Source: Deltaproteobacteria bacterium | GTDB lineage: Bacteria; Myxococcota_A; UBA796; JAFGLY01 | Length of the DNA: 64,000 bases | Assembly (NCBI GenBank): GCA_016927815.1 | Contig: JAFGLY010000170.1 | Coordinates: 4,740-68,739 of the forward strand | Direction of reading: 5' to 3' | In this document: positions 25,150 through 33,416 of the stretch, piece by piece | Layout of the letters: each line of letters starts with the position of its first letter | Numbering within the stretch: the stretch's first letter is position 1 | Made by a program: the position numbers and the translations under genes | The notes under the pieces: model-generated | What the model saw: only the letters and a program-made list of their open reading frames with translations | Database searches by the model: none | What the model was told of the DNA's origin: nothing

Positions 25150-26319
25150 TCAGGCGTCCGAGGGGAACCGCATCCGGAACACCGTGCCGCCCGCCTCGGC
25201 TGCGTCCACCTGGATGGTCCCGCGGTACTTGGTGACGATGCGGTAGACGATGTTGAGGCCCAGGCCGGTGCCCTTGCCCGGCTGCTTCGTGGTGTAGAAG
25301 GGGTCGAACACGAGCGACCGGGACGCCTCTGGGATGCCCGGGCCGTCGTCTTCCACTTCGGCCCACACGTGGCCGGAGTCCCCCCCGCACCGGATGCGGA
25401 CGTGGGCCGGCAGGCCCGTGTCCCTCTGCGGTGCGAGTGCCTCGATCGCGTTCTTGACCAGGTTGACGAACACCTGCTGGATCTCGTTGGTCCGAGCCTG
25501 GACGAAGGTCTCGGGTGCGAGGTCGAGCGCGATGTCGATGCCTCGCACGTCGGTCGAGCGTTCCACCAGCCTCACGGCATCCTCGATGACGTGCGGGAGG
25601 TCCACCGTGGTGAGGTACTCGGACCGGGCGGCCCGGCTGTATCCCGAGAGATCCTGCACGATGCTCCGGATGGTCTGGCAGTACTCCACGATGTCGCCAG
25701 CGTAGCTGCGGACGAGGTCCGGGCGGTCCTCCTCCAGGATGGCCTCGGCCAGGCCCAGGATGCCGAACAGCGGGCTCGACACCTCGTGGGCGATGCCCGC
25801 GGCCAGCGTACCGATGCCCGCCAGCTTCTCGGACTGGATGAGCTCGGCCTGGAGGCGCCGCGTCTCCTCGAGGCTCGACTCCAGGGCCTGGTTCTTGTCC
25901 TGCAGGTCGATGAGAAGGTCGCGGTTCTCCCGAACGATGCGCTGCTTCTCGAGGGCGCGGCGCACCTTCTTGCGGATGTCGAAGACGTTGTTGAGCGGCT
26001 TGAGCACGTAGTCGAAGGCATCCAGCTCGATGGCCGCCAGCGCCGTCTCCAGCGAGGCGTACCCGGTGAGGATGATCACCTCGGCATCCGGGTTGACCTC
26101 CTTCGCCACCTTGAGGAGATCGAGGCCGTTCATGTCCGGCAGGTTCTTGTCCGTCAGGAGGATGTCCACCCCCTTCTCCTGAAACACGTCTCGGGCCTCC
26201 GATCCCGTGGCCGCGAGCGTGAGCCGGTAGGGCTCGTCCTCGAAGACCGCCTTGAGGATCTGGAGGATGACGGGCTCGTCGTCAACGATGACGAGGTGCG
26301 GGGCCACGTCGGCGTCCAT
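25150..26319 (-). CDS. Hybrid response regulator-histidine kinase (REC-coiled coil-HisKA-HATPase_c)
   Basis: REC: LVIVDDEPV...ILLTDKNLPDMNG...VLKP. H-box AGIAHEVSSPL. Intact N, G1 (DDGPGI), F (FDPFYTTK) and G2 (GTGLGL) boxes. ATG at 26319 preceded by CCGGAGGGCCC. The track extension to 26658 is rejected. Confidence 0.9.
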   Translation of the reverse strand: MDADVAPHLVIVDDEPVILQILKAVFEDEPYRLTLAATGSEARDVFQEKGVDILLTDKNLPDMNGLDLLKVAKEVNPDAEVIILTGYASLETALAAIELDAFDYVLKPLNNVFDIRKKVRRALEKQRIVRENRDLLIDLQDKNQALESSLEETRRLQAELIQSEKLAGIGTLAAGIAHEVSSPLFGILGLAEAILEEDRPDLVRSYAGDIVEYCQTIRSIVQDLSGYSRAARSEYLTTVDLPHVIEDAVRLVERSTDVRGIDIALDLAPETFVQARTNEIQQVFVNLVKNAIEALAPQRDTGLPAHVRIRCGGDSGHVWAEVEDDGPGIPEASRSLVFDPFYTTKQPGKGTGLGLNIVYRIVTKYRGTIQVDAAEAGGTVFRMRFPSDA

Positions 26320-26414
26320 GGGCCCTCCGGGGCGGGGGGCAGCGTAGCACGACCCGGGCCTCGCTGCCGCGCCCCCCTCCCCCGGGGGGAGGCTGGCGGC
26401 CGGCCTCTCGCGGT

Positions 26415-26442
26415 TTGACACCCCAGCAGGAGGCACTATGCT
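26415..26442 (+). promoter_or_regulatory. Sigma70-type promoter candidate TTGACA-N16-TATGCT
   Basis: TTGACA at 26415-26420 and TATGCT at 26437-26442, 55 nt upstream of ATG 26498, in the divergent gap. Confidence 0.45.
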
Positions 26443-26497
26443 GTGCCACCGCGGGCGTCGGCAGCCCGCCCTCCTCCCTCGCACGGAGCCTCGCGTC

Positions 26498-27049
26498 ATG
26501 CGCGTTCTCCTCCTCGCAGCGCTCCTCCTGGGTGGCTGCGCCGCCCGGCACGGCAGCTCCGCCGCCGGGAGTCCCGAGGGTCCGGTCCGCCAGCAGGCCG
26601 CTGCCGACGGGACCCTCCTCGTCCAGGTGGACGTCAACAACGACGGTCGGTCGGACATCTACAACCACTATCGTTCAGAGGGCGAAGCCCGGATCCTCTC
26701 GAAGAAGGAGATGGATCTCAACCGGGACGGCCGGCTCGACGTCTGGTCCTGGTACACAGGGACGGGCATCCTGGAGAAGGAGGAGATGGACGGAGATTTC
26801 GACGGCGTGGTGGACTGGGTGGACCACTACCAGGGCGGACGGCGCGTGATGAGCGAGGTCTCGACGCAGGCGACCGGACGGTTCGACCTCTTCAAGTACT
26901 ACGAGAACGGGCAGATCCGTCGCAAGGAGCGCGACACCAACGGCGACGGCAAGGTGGACTTCTGGGAGTATTTCGACGACCAGGGCCACGTCAGCAAGGT
27001 AGGCTGGGATATCGACGGGGACGGCCAGATGGACATCCGCGAGGAGTAG
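26498..27049 (+). CDS. Lipoprotein with five D-x-[ND]-x-DG Ca-binding-like repeats (FG-GAP/EF-hand-like)
   Basis: ATG at 26498. Lipobox LLGGC. Repeats DVNNDGRSDIYNHY, DLNRDGRLDVWSWY, DGDFDGVVDWVDHY, DTNGDGKVDFWEYF, DIDGDGQMDI. Confidence 0.7.
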   Translation: MRVLLLAALLLGGCAARHGSSAAGSPEGPVRQQAAADGTLLVQVDVNNDGRSDIYNHYRSEGEARILSKKEMDLNRDGRLDVWSWYTGTGILEKEEMDGDFDGVVDWVDHYQGGRRVMSEVSTQATGRFDLFKYYENGQIRRKERDTNGDGKVDFWEYFDDQGHVSKVGWDIDGDGQMDIREE

Positions 27050-27106
27050 CCCGGCCCCCCGGGTCGCCGGGGTCGCCGTGGCCCTCACCCGACCCCCGAA
27101 ACACCC

Positions 27107-28183
27107 TCACAGGTACTGCTTGAGCCCCCTGCGTTCCATCTCGGCGATGAGGGCCTTCAGATCCTGAGCCCGGTCCCGACGCGCGACGAGCAGGGCATCG
27201 GCAGTGTCCACCACCACGAGGTCTTCGACGCCCAGGAGGGCCACGAGGCGATCCGGGGCATGGACCACGTTGCCCTGGGCGCCCAGGGCCACCCGCTCGC
27301 GGGCCACCACCCAGCCGCCCTCCGTCGCGGGAACGACCTCCGGAAGGGCGGACCAGGACCCGACGTCGGACCAGCCGAACCGGCCGGGGACCGTGAGCAC
27401 GCCCCGGGATCGCTCCATGACGCCGTAGTCCACCGAGGTGGCGTCGAACGACTCCCAGAGATCCTCGAGGAGATGAGGATCGTGGGCGAGGTGCTCCATG
27501 GCTGCCCAGGTGCCCGGCAGGTACTCCCGGTAGGCGTCCCGGATGGCGTCCACGGTCCAGCAGAACATGCCCGCGTTCCAGAGGTAGTCGCCCCGATCCA
27601 CGAACGACCGGGCATGGGCCTGGTCGGGCTTCTCGACGAAGCGCTTGACCCGGTGGAACGGCATGTCGCCCCAGCGCCCGAGTTCGCCCCCCACCCAGAG
27701 GTACCCGTAGGCCGTCTCGGCGTGCGTGGGCTGGATGCCGATGGTGACCAGGGCGTTGGTCTGGGCCGCGGCGCGCGTGGCTGCGGCGAGCGTCCGGCGA
27801 AAGAGCGGCTCGCCGGTGACCAGGTGGTCCGCGGGCAGCACCGCCATGACGGCTTCGCCCCCCGAACGCCGGGCGATCTCGACGGTGCCCCACGCGATGC
27901 AGGGAGCCGTGTTGCGCCCTCGAGGCTCGACCAGGAAGTTGCCCGCCGGGATCCCGGGAAGCTGGGCCTGTGCGTCGTCCGCCATCTCACGGCTCGTGGC
28001 CACCAGGATGGCCTCGGGTCCCACGAGGCCCTCGAGCCGGTCCACGGTACGCTGCAGGAACGTGCGCCCCCCCATGAACTCCAGAAACTGCTTGGGGCGG
28101 TGGTTCCTGGACAGGGGCCAGAAGCGCGTGCCACGGCCGCCGGCCATGATCAGCACATAGAGCGGGGGCATCGGGGGCTTCAT
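27107..28183 (-). CDS. manC: Mannose-1-phosphate guanylyltransferase
   Basis: N-terminus LIMAGGRGTRFWPLSRNHRPKQFL. VEPRGRNTAPCIAW. LPADHLV. WSDVGSW. ATG at 28183 (alternative 28171). Confidence 0.85.
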   Translation of the reverse strand: MKPPMPPLYVLIMAGGRGTRFWPLSRNHRPKQFLEFMGGRTFLQRTVDRLEGLVGPEAILVATSREMADDAQAQLPGIPAGNFLVEPRGRNTAPCIAWGTVEIARRSGGEAVMAVLPADHLVTGEPLFRRTLAAATRAAAQTNALVTIGIQPTHAETAYGYLWVGGELGRWGDMPFHRVKRFVEKPDQAHARSFVDRGDYLWNAGMFCWTVDAIRDAYREYLPGTWAAMEHLAHDPHLLEDLWESFDATSVDYGVMERSRGVLTVPGRFGWSDVGSWSALPEVVPATEGGWVVARERVALGAQGNVVHAPDRLVALLGVEDLVVVDTADALLVARRDRAQDLKALIAEMERRGLKQYL

Positions 28184-28238
28184 CGAACGCCTCCAGGGCG
28201 CCAGGGGCCTCCAAGGTATCGCCTCCAGCCACCGGACG

Positions 28239-28730
28239 TCAGCGGGAGACGGGCCCCTCCTGTGGCGTGAAGAGGGCGGGCTCGAGCTGCCGGAGTGCCT
28301 CGTACGCCGCCACGGCCACGGCATTGGAGAGATTCAGGCTCCGGATGGGTCCGGGGATCGGAATGCGCCAGGACGGGTCGTGACCTCGGAGGGCTGGCGG
28401 GAGTCCGGTGCTCTCCTTGCCGAACACGAGCACGTCGCCCCGTGTGAACACGGCCATGGACACGGGCCGAGCCGCGTGGCGGGTCAGGACGTGCACCCTC
28501 CGTCCGTCGGTCCATCGGAGAAAGGCCTCCAGGCTCGGCCACTCCTGGAGATCCACCTGTCGCCAGTGGTCGATGCCCGCTCGCCTCACGGCCTTCTCGT
28601 CGGTCCGGAACCCGAGGGGATGCACGAGGTGCAGCCTCAGGCCCAATCCCACGCAGAGACGCCCCACGTTGCCCGTGTTCTGGGGGATCTCGGGGTGGAT
28701 GAGCGCGATGTGGACGACGGGCTCGGGCAG
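28239..28730 (-). CDS. trmL: tRNA (cytidine/uridine-2'-O)-methyltransferase TrmL (SpoU/SPOUT), apparent non-canonical start
   Basis: HIALIHPEIPQNTGNVGRLCVGLGLRLHLVHPLGF aligns with the E. coli TrmL N-terminus ([35 protein letters not shown]). C-terminal SLNLSNAVAVAAYEALRQ. The track start (GTG 28667) would delete the conserved IPxNTGN motif. The only start-like codon upstream in frame is CTG at 28730. Confidence 0.75.
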   Translation of the reverse strand: MPEPVVHIALIHPEIPQNTGNVGRLCVGLGLRLHLVHPLGFRTDEKAVRRAGIDHWRQVDLQEWPSLEAFLRWTDGRRVHVLTRHAARPVSMAVFTRGDVLVFGKESTGLPPALRGHDPSWRIPIPGPIRSLNLSNAVAVAAYEALRQLEPALFTPQEGPVSR

Positions 28731-28735
28731 ACGGT

Positions 28736-29398
28736 CTACTCCTCGCCCGGCGTCGGCGGGTCGGCCACCTCGCGGTAGCGACCGATGACGACGCGCGCGG
28801 GCTGGACGAGGTGGGTCCCGATGCGGTACCCCACGTCGAACACCTGGACGACCATGCCGTCCATGCCCGCCATGGGGACGTCCACGGTGGCCAGGGCCTC
28901 GTGCAGGCCCGGATCGAACGGAACGCCGGCGGTGGAGATCTCCTCGAGGCCCAGATCCTTGAGGGCGGCCTGGAACTGCTCGAGGATGAGCTGGAACCCC
29001 TGGATCACCTCGGCGGGAACCTCCATCCGGCTCAACGCCTCGATGGACCGACGGAGGTTCTGCATCGGCTCGAAGACGGTCGTGACCACGCGAGCCCGCT
29101 GGTGACGCTCCCGCTCGTCCTGCAAACGCTCGGTGCGCTCACGGAAAGCGCTCATCTCGGACTGCAGCTCCTGGTAGGCGGAGGAGACCCGACGGAGACG
29201 AGACTCCATCTCGGCCAGCACCCGGGCCTCGGGCTCCTCGGCGCCCTCGTCGACCGCGAGGGGTGGGCTCTCGGCGGGCGGAGCCACCGCCCCGCCGGCC
29301 TCGTCGGGCTCGACGTCGGGCGACGGTAGCGACAGGGTGGATGCGTCGGGAGCCTGGACGTCGCCGGGTCCAGGGTCGGCGCGCTTCCCCTTGGACAT
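28736..29398 (-). CDS. grpE: Nucleotide exchange factor GrpE
   Basis: Coiled-coil N-terminal region followed by FDPGLHEALATVDVP...VVQVFDVGYRIGTHLVQPARVVI. ATG at 29398 (MSKGKR). The track extension to 30463 is rejected. Confidence 0.9.
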   Translation of the reverse strand: MSKGKRADPGPGDVQAPDASTLSLPSPDVEPDEAGGAVAPPAESPPLAVDEGAEEPEARVLAEMESRLRRVSSAYQELQSEMSAFRERTERLQDERERHQRARVVTTVFEPMQNLRRSIEALSRMEVPAEVIQGFQLILEQFQAALKDLGLEEISTAGVPFDPGLHEALATVDVPMAGMDGMVVQVFDVGYRIGTHLVQPARVVIGRYREVADPPTPGEE

Positions 29399-29429
29399 GG
29401 AACGGACCTCCCGGGGGTTTGGAACCTCC

Positions 29430-29457
29430 ACAGTAATCCGGGCCCCGGCTCCGTCAA
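29430..29457 (-). promoter_or_regulatory. Sigma70-type promoter candidate TTGACG-N16-TACTGT upstream of grpE
   Basis: Minus-strand TTGACG at 29457-29452 and TACTGT at 29435-29430. SD GGGAGG lies in the short leader. I found no CIRCE element. Confidence 0.4.
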
Positions 29458-29530
29458 TGCTGCCCGAGACGCCGTTTCCGGCACCGGCGGCCGCGGTTAC
29501 CTTCCGCCCCCCCTCCAAGGAGGAGCCGTC

Positions 29531-30790
29531 ATGCATCCCCGCCAGATCCGCGTCATGGGCGTCCTGGCTGCCGTCCTGCTGGTCCTGGTCGCCCTGCTCG
29601 TGTACGTCGACCCCCCGGAGGACCGGGACGAGGACGGGCACCCCGGACCCGCACGGGTCTGGACCGGGCTCCAGGCCGAGGACGTGACGCGGATCGAGGT
29701 GGAACGCGCCCAGGACGGGATTCGCATGGTCGTCGAACGGGACGGGGACGGCTGGCGGCTGGTCGAGCCGTTCCAGGCCCCGGCGGACCGTTGGCATGTG
29801 GAGGACATGGCCAGCCGGCTGGCCTCCCTCGAGGCGGGCGATCCCATCGATGCGCCGGATCCCGAGCCGTTCGGTTTGGGGGATCCACCACGGGCGACGG
29901 CCACGTTCACGGATGCCGAGGGGGAGGTCAGGGTCCTGGTGATCGGAGACGTCGCCCCGGTGGGCAGCAACACCTACGTCCGGACGTCCTCGGACGGACC
30001 GGTCCGAGCCGCCGCGGGTCAGGTGGACCAGGACTTCCTGAGGCCCCTGGACGACTACCGGTCCCGCGATCCCTGGAAGGTGGCCGCCCGGGACGTGGAC
30101 GCCGTCCAATGGCGGTCGCCCACCGGCGGGGGAGCGCTGAAGCAGGACGAACACGGCTGGTGGCTCGCCTCTGGGAGACGGGCGGACGAGGCGGCGGTGG
30201 ACGCCCTCCTCAAGGAGGCCGAGAACCTGCGCATCGCCTCCTTCTCCGGATCGCCCGAGGGCGCGACGTTCGAAAGGGGCACCATCGTCCTCGTGGTGGA
30301 CGGAGCGGAACACCGGATCGAGGTCGGCGACCCCGTGGACGGAGGCGTCCCCGCACGGATCCCGCTCTCCGAGACCCCGGTCCTGCTGGAGGACGGCGTG
30401 CTGGCCCTCGTGGACCGGGACGAGCGTGACCTCCCCCTGTCCCCTCCCCTGCCCGTCCGGCACGGATCCCTGGACGCCCTCCAGGTCACGCTGGGGGACC
30501 TCTCGTTTCAGGACACCCGCAAGGACGGCCTCTGGCAGGAGGAGGCCACGTTGGGCTTCCTGGACGCGTTCTCGGCAGCCGTCGTGGATCGTGGGCAGGA
30601 TCGAGCCGTCGACACCCCCTGGGGCCGGATCGAGCTCACCGAGAAAGAGGGTCGAAAGGAGATCCTCTTGATCGGTGCCGCCGCCGCCGACGGGAGCTGC
30701 CCGGCGAGGGACGAGGCCGGCGGCCCTCCCATGGTGATCGATGCGTCCACGATCCAGGCGTGGAGAGACGCCTTGGGCCAGAGCCCCTGA
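29531..30790 (+). CDS. Membrane-anchored DUF4340-like protein
   Basis: N-terminal TM helix VMGVLAAVLLVLVALLVYV. Repeated ~100-aa modules with W-x-L...P...AD motifs (GWRLVEPFQAPAD, HGWWLASGRRADEAAVDALL). SD-like AAGGAGGAG upstream. The family call rests on pattern memory only. Confidence 0.6.
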   Translation: MHPRQIRVMGVLAAVLLVLVALLVYVDPPEDRDEDGHPGPARVWTGLQAEDVTRIEVERAQDGIRMVVERDGDGWRLVEPFQAPADRWHVEDMASRLASLEAGDPIDAPDPEPFGLGDPPRATATFTDAEGEVRVLVIGDVAPVGSNTYVRTSSDGPVRAAAGQVDQDFLRPLDDYRSRDPWKVAARDVDAVQWRSPTGGGALKQDEHGWWLASGRRADEAAVDALLKEAENLRIASFSGSPEGATFERGTIVLVVDGAEHRIEVGDPVDGGVPARIPLSETPVLLEDGVLALVDRDERDLPLSPPLPVRHGSLDALQVTLGDLSFQDTRKDGLWQEEATLGFLDAFSAAVVDRGQDRAVDTPWGRIELTEKEGRKEILLIGAAAADGSCPARDEAGGPPMVIDASTIQAWRDALGQSP

Positions 30791-30799
30791 ACGCGCCCA

Positions 30800-32170
30800 T
30801 CACTGGATGTTCCGCGTGTCCGCCCGGCTTCGGAATCCGAGGCGCGGTCCCGGCTCGTCGGGCAGCAGGAGCGATGGAGGGGCCGGATCGCTGCTGGGGG
30901 CGTTGCGCAGGAGTCCCCAGGCGAGCACCGCGACCGCCACCGCCAGGACCCACCCGGGCGTCCAGCCCGCCAGTCCGGCGATCAGGGCCGCCAGGGTGGC
31001 GAGCCCGGCCAATGCGAGGTGCCGACGCCTGCGGACGATCCTTCGCAGGAGCTGGTCCAGGGCGGCGAGCAGTTCGCGTTGCTCGGGATCGGCCCCCGTC
31101 TCCGCTTCACCCAGGTGTTGACGGGCGCGGGTCGTGTGTCCGCGGTGCAGTTCCAGCAGGATGAGCAGGAACCGGGCGCCGAAGAGGCGTGGATCCAGCC
31201 CGAGGGCCGCCTCCAGCGAGGCCTGGGCCTCCACGAGGCGCCCCTGGTGGACCAGGACCACCGCGAGCTGGTGCTCGAGGGCGGCGTCTCTGGGGTGGTG
31301 ACGGCAGGCCAGCCGCGCGTAGAGCTCAGCCTCCTCGCGGCGACCCAACAGGTCCGCGGCGAGCGACGCGGCGAGGGCCGCATCCCGGTGGTCCGGATGG
31401 CGCTCCAGCAGGGCGGCCAGGGCCTCCAGGGCCGGCTCGGCGTCGCCCTCGCGGAGGTCTTTGAGTGCACTCGCGAACGGATCCCCCACCCGATCCGGGT
31501 CGAGCGAGGGGATCTGGGAGGCCTCGGACCCATCCGGGTCTTCCCCCGCGTCGGCCCGGGTGGTGAGCAGGATGCCGCAGTCCACCGCCTGCCACGCGGC
31601 CAGGAGACGCTCGGTGGCCTCCGCCAGGGGTCGGGCGTGGTGCAGCGCGACGACGAAGCGCTCGAACGCCTCACGGGCCACGCCCCCCTGGGTGCCCTCG
31701 AAGCGGTAGACGTAGAGCAGGCGCGGGCGGCCCTCGTCGCGGGTGAGCCAGTAGATGCGAGCGGGACCCTCGCGCTGGATCGCAGCGAACCGGTATGCCT
31801 CCGGATCCTCGCCCCGGCGGGCCGTGAATCGCCTCAGGAACGCGGCCACTTCGGCCGCCATCTCTCCGCCGAGATCGTCCCGGCTCCCCAGCGACCGGAT
31901 GGAGGCCCACGCGTGGTGCAGGAGGTAGGACCGGCGGAGCTGGCGGATGCGGCGGCGGCAGTGGAAGACCTCGGCCTGGACGACCTCCGTGTCGCCGAAG
32001 CGTTCGTGCGCGGACAGGATGCGCCGCTGGTACAGGCGGACCGCGTCCTCGAAGGTGAAGGCGCGGATCACTCCGTCCCGCCCGACGATCTCCACGGGGA
32101 ACTCCACGAGCGAGGAGTAGTCCTTCAGCTGGTACTGCCGGAGCCTGTGCTGTTTCTCGGGATGCGCCAT
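30800..32170 (-). CDS. Hypothetical protein: unknown N-terminal domain, TPR-like middle, two C-terminal TM helices
   Basis: TPR-like ALEALAALLERHPDHRDAALAASLAADLLGRREEAELYARLACRHHPRDAALEHQLAVVLVHQGRLVEAQASLEAAL. TM helices HLALAGLATLAALIAGLAGW and WVLAVAVAVLAWGLL. Start uncertain (ATG 32170, 32200 or track 32266). Confidence 0.55.
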   Translation of the reverse strand: MAHPEKQHRLRQYQLKDYSSLVEFPVEIVGRDGVIRAFTFEDAVRLYQRRILSAHERFGDTEVVQAEVFHCRRRIRQLRRSYLLHHAWASIRSLGSRDDLGGEMAAEVAAFLRRFTARRGEDPEAYRFAAIQREGPARIYWLTRDEGRPRLLYVYRFEGTQGGVAREAFERFVVALHHARPLAEATERLLAAWQAVDCGILLTTRADAGEDPDGSEASQIPSLDPDRVGDPFASALKDLREGDAEPALEALAALLERHPDHRDAALAASLAADLLGRREEAELYARLACRHHPRDAALEHQLAVVLVHQGRLVEAQASLEAALGLDPRLFGARFLLILLELHRGHTTRARQHLGEAETGADPEQRELLAALDQLLRRIVRRRRHLALAGLATLAALIAGLAGWTPGWVLAVAVAVLAWGLLRNAPSSDPAPPSLLLPDEPGPRLGFRSRADTRNIQ

Positions 32171-32385
32171 GGCCACCGGTGCCCCGGGGGGCAGGTCCAT
32201 TGTACCCGCACCGGCCGGCAACCGGGAGGGGGCGCGTGCGCTGGACGTCGCCGCTCGAGGCTGCAATAAAGGGCCCCATGCAGAGGTATGACCGCCGGAC
32301 CGCCCTTCGAGGAGAGCCCTCCCGGGTCGCTTCGGACGCCACCCTGGCGGGGCTCGACGAGACCCACGTGTCGCTTCACCTCGCC

Positions 32386-32943
32386 ATGGCTCCCGACGCA
32401 GAGGAAGCGGCCGTGTGCTCCGCCGGGAGGGGCGACGAGGCGGCCCGGGCCTGGATCGTGCGGACGTACACGCCGCTGGTCCACCGCTTCTCCTTGCGGA
32501 TGCTCGGGAACGAAGAGGATGCCCGTGACGCCACCCAGGAGACGATGGTCAAGGTGCTGCGCCACCTGGATCGCTACGACCCGTCCCGACGCTTCGCCAC
32601 GTGGGTGTTCGGCATCGCCCGAAACACGTGCATCGACGAGCATCGCCGTCGCCTGCGCCGTCGCACGTCGCCCGAGGTCGAGACCGTGGACCCGGCGGAC
32701 GGCGCCTTCGAACGGACCGAACGGGAGCAACGGGCCGCTCGGCTGCTCGCCGCGCTTCAACGTCTCCCGCCGCGCTACCGCGAGATCCTGCTGCTCTACC
32801 ACTTCGAGCTCCTCAAGTACCGCGAGATCGCCGACATCCTCCATCTGCCGCTCGGCACGGTGATGAACCGGATCTTCCGGGCGCGGTCGAGGCTCAGGGA
32901 GCTCTACCTCGCCCTCGAACCCGAGACCGGAGTCCGGCCATGA
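32386..32943 (+). CDS. ECF (group 4) sigma-70 factor
   Basis: Region 2 IVRTYTPLVHRFSLRMLGNEEDARDATQETMVKVLRHLDRYD...FATWVFGIARNTCIDEHRR. Region 4 LPPRYREILLLYHFELLKYREIADILHLPLGTVMNRIFRARSRL. Start uncertain (ATG 32386 preferred, 32278 possible). Confidence 0.85.
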   Translation: MAPDAEEAAVCSAGRGDEAARAWIVRTYTPLVHRFSLRMLGNEEDARDATQETMVKVLRHLDRYDPSRRFATWVFGIARNTCIDEHRRRLRRRTSPEVETVDPADGAFERTEREQRAARLLAALQRLPPRYREILLLYHFELLKYREIADILHLPLGTVMNRIFRARSRLRELYLALEPETGVRP

Positions 32944-33416
32944 AGGGTCACCTCTCGGACGATCTCCTCGAACGCTTCGACACCGGTCGCCTGTCCCGTG
33001 CGGAGGCGGCCCGCGTGGCGGTGCACCTCGACGCCTGTTCCCCCTGCGCCGGACGGGCCCACGCGCTGGATCCCCTCGCCTCCGTGTTCTCGGCCGTGGA
33101 GGATCCCCCCGTCCCCGAGGGGCTGGAGCGTGCAATCCTCGAAGCGGCCGCCCGGCCGCCCCGGACCGAGATGGACCTGGCCTGGCCGGTGGCAGGCGCA
33201 TTGCTGGCGGCTGCAGCCGTCCTCTTCGTCTCGGGGGGCGATCCGACGGGCCTCGCCACGGCCGGCGCGCGGATCGCGGGTGCGGCCCTCTTGGTCGGGG
33301 ACGTCGTGACCGGCTTGTGTTCCCCCGTGTTCCTCCTGTTCGTCTGCGCCACGACAGGTCTCGTGTCGAGCGTCGCGGCATTCGGCCTGCTCGGGCTTTC
33401 CAGGGAGGTGTCATGA
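32940..33416 (+). CDS. Anti-sigma factor, zf-HC2 (ZAS) type, membrane-spanning
   Basis: The ATG overlaps the sigma stop (ATGA). H-x3-C-x2-C motif HLDACSPC. TM segment WPVAGALLAAAAVLFV plus a hydrophobic C-terminus. Confidence 0.75.
   Translation: MKGHLSDDLLERFDTGRLSRAEAARVAVHLDACSPCAGRAHALDPLASVFSAVEDPPVPEGLERAILEAAARPPRTEMDLAWPVAGALLAAAAVLFVSGGDPTGLATAGARIAGAALLVGDVVTGLCSPVFLLFVCATTGLVSSVAAFGLLGLSREVS

Noticed and set aside
32171-32385. Search for an autoregulated ECF promoter (GGAAC-N16-17-CGTC type) and for sigma54 (TGGCAC-N5-TTGC) boxes upstream of the ECF operon and other operons.
   Set aside because: No match with acceptable spacing was found by eye. The near-hits (GCAACC...CGTC with a 23-nt spacer, several TGGCAC without TTGC) do not fit the consensus.
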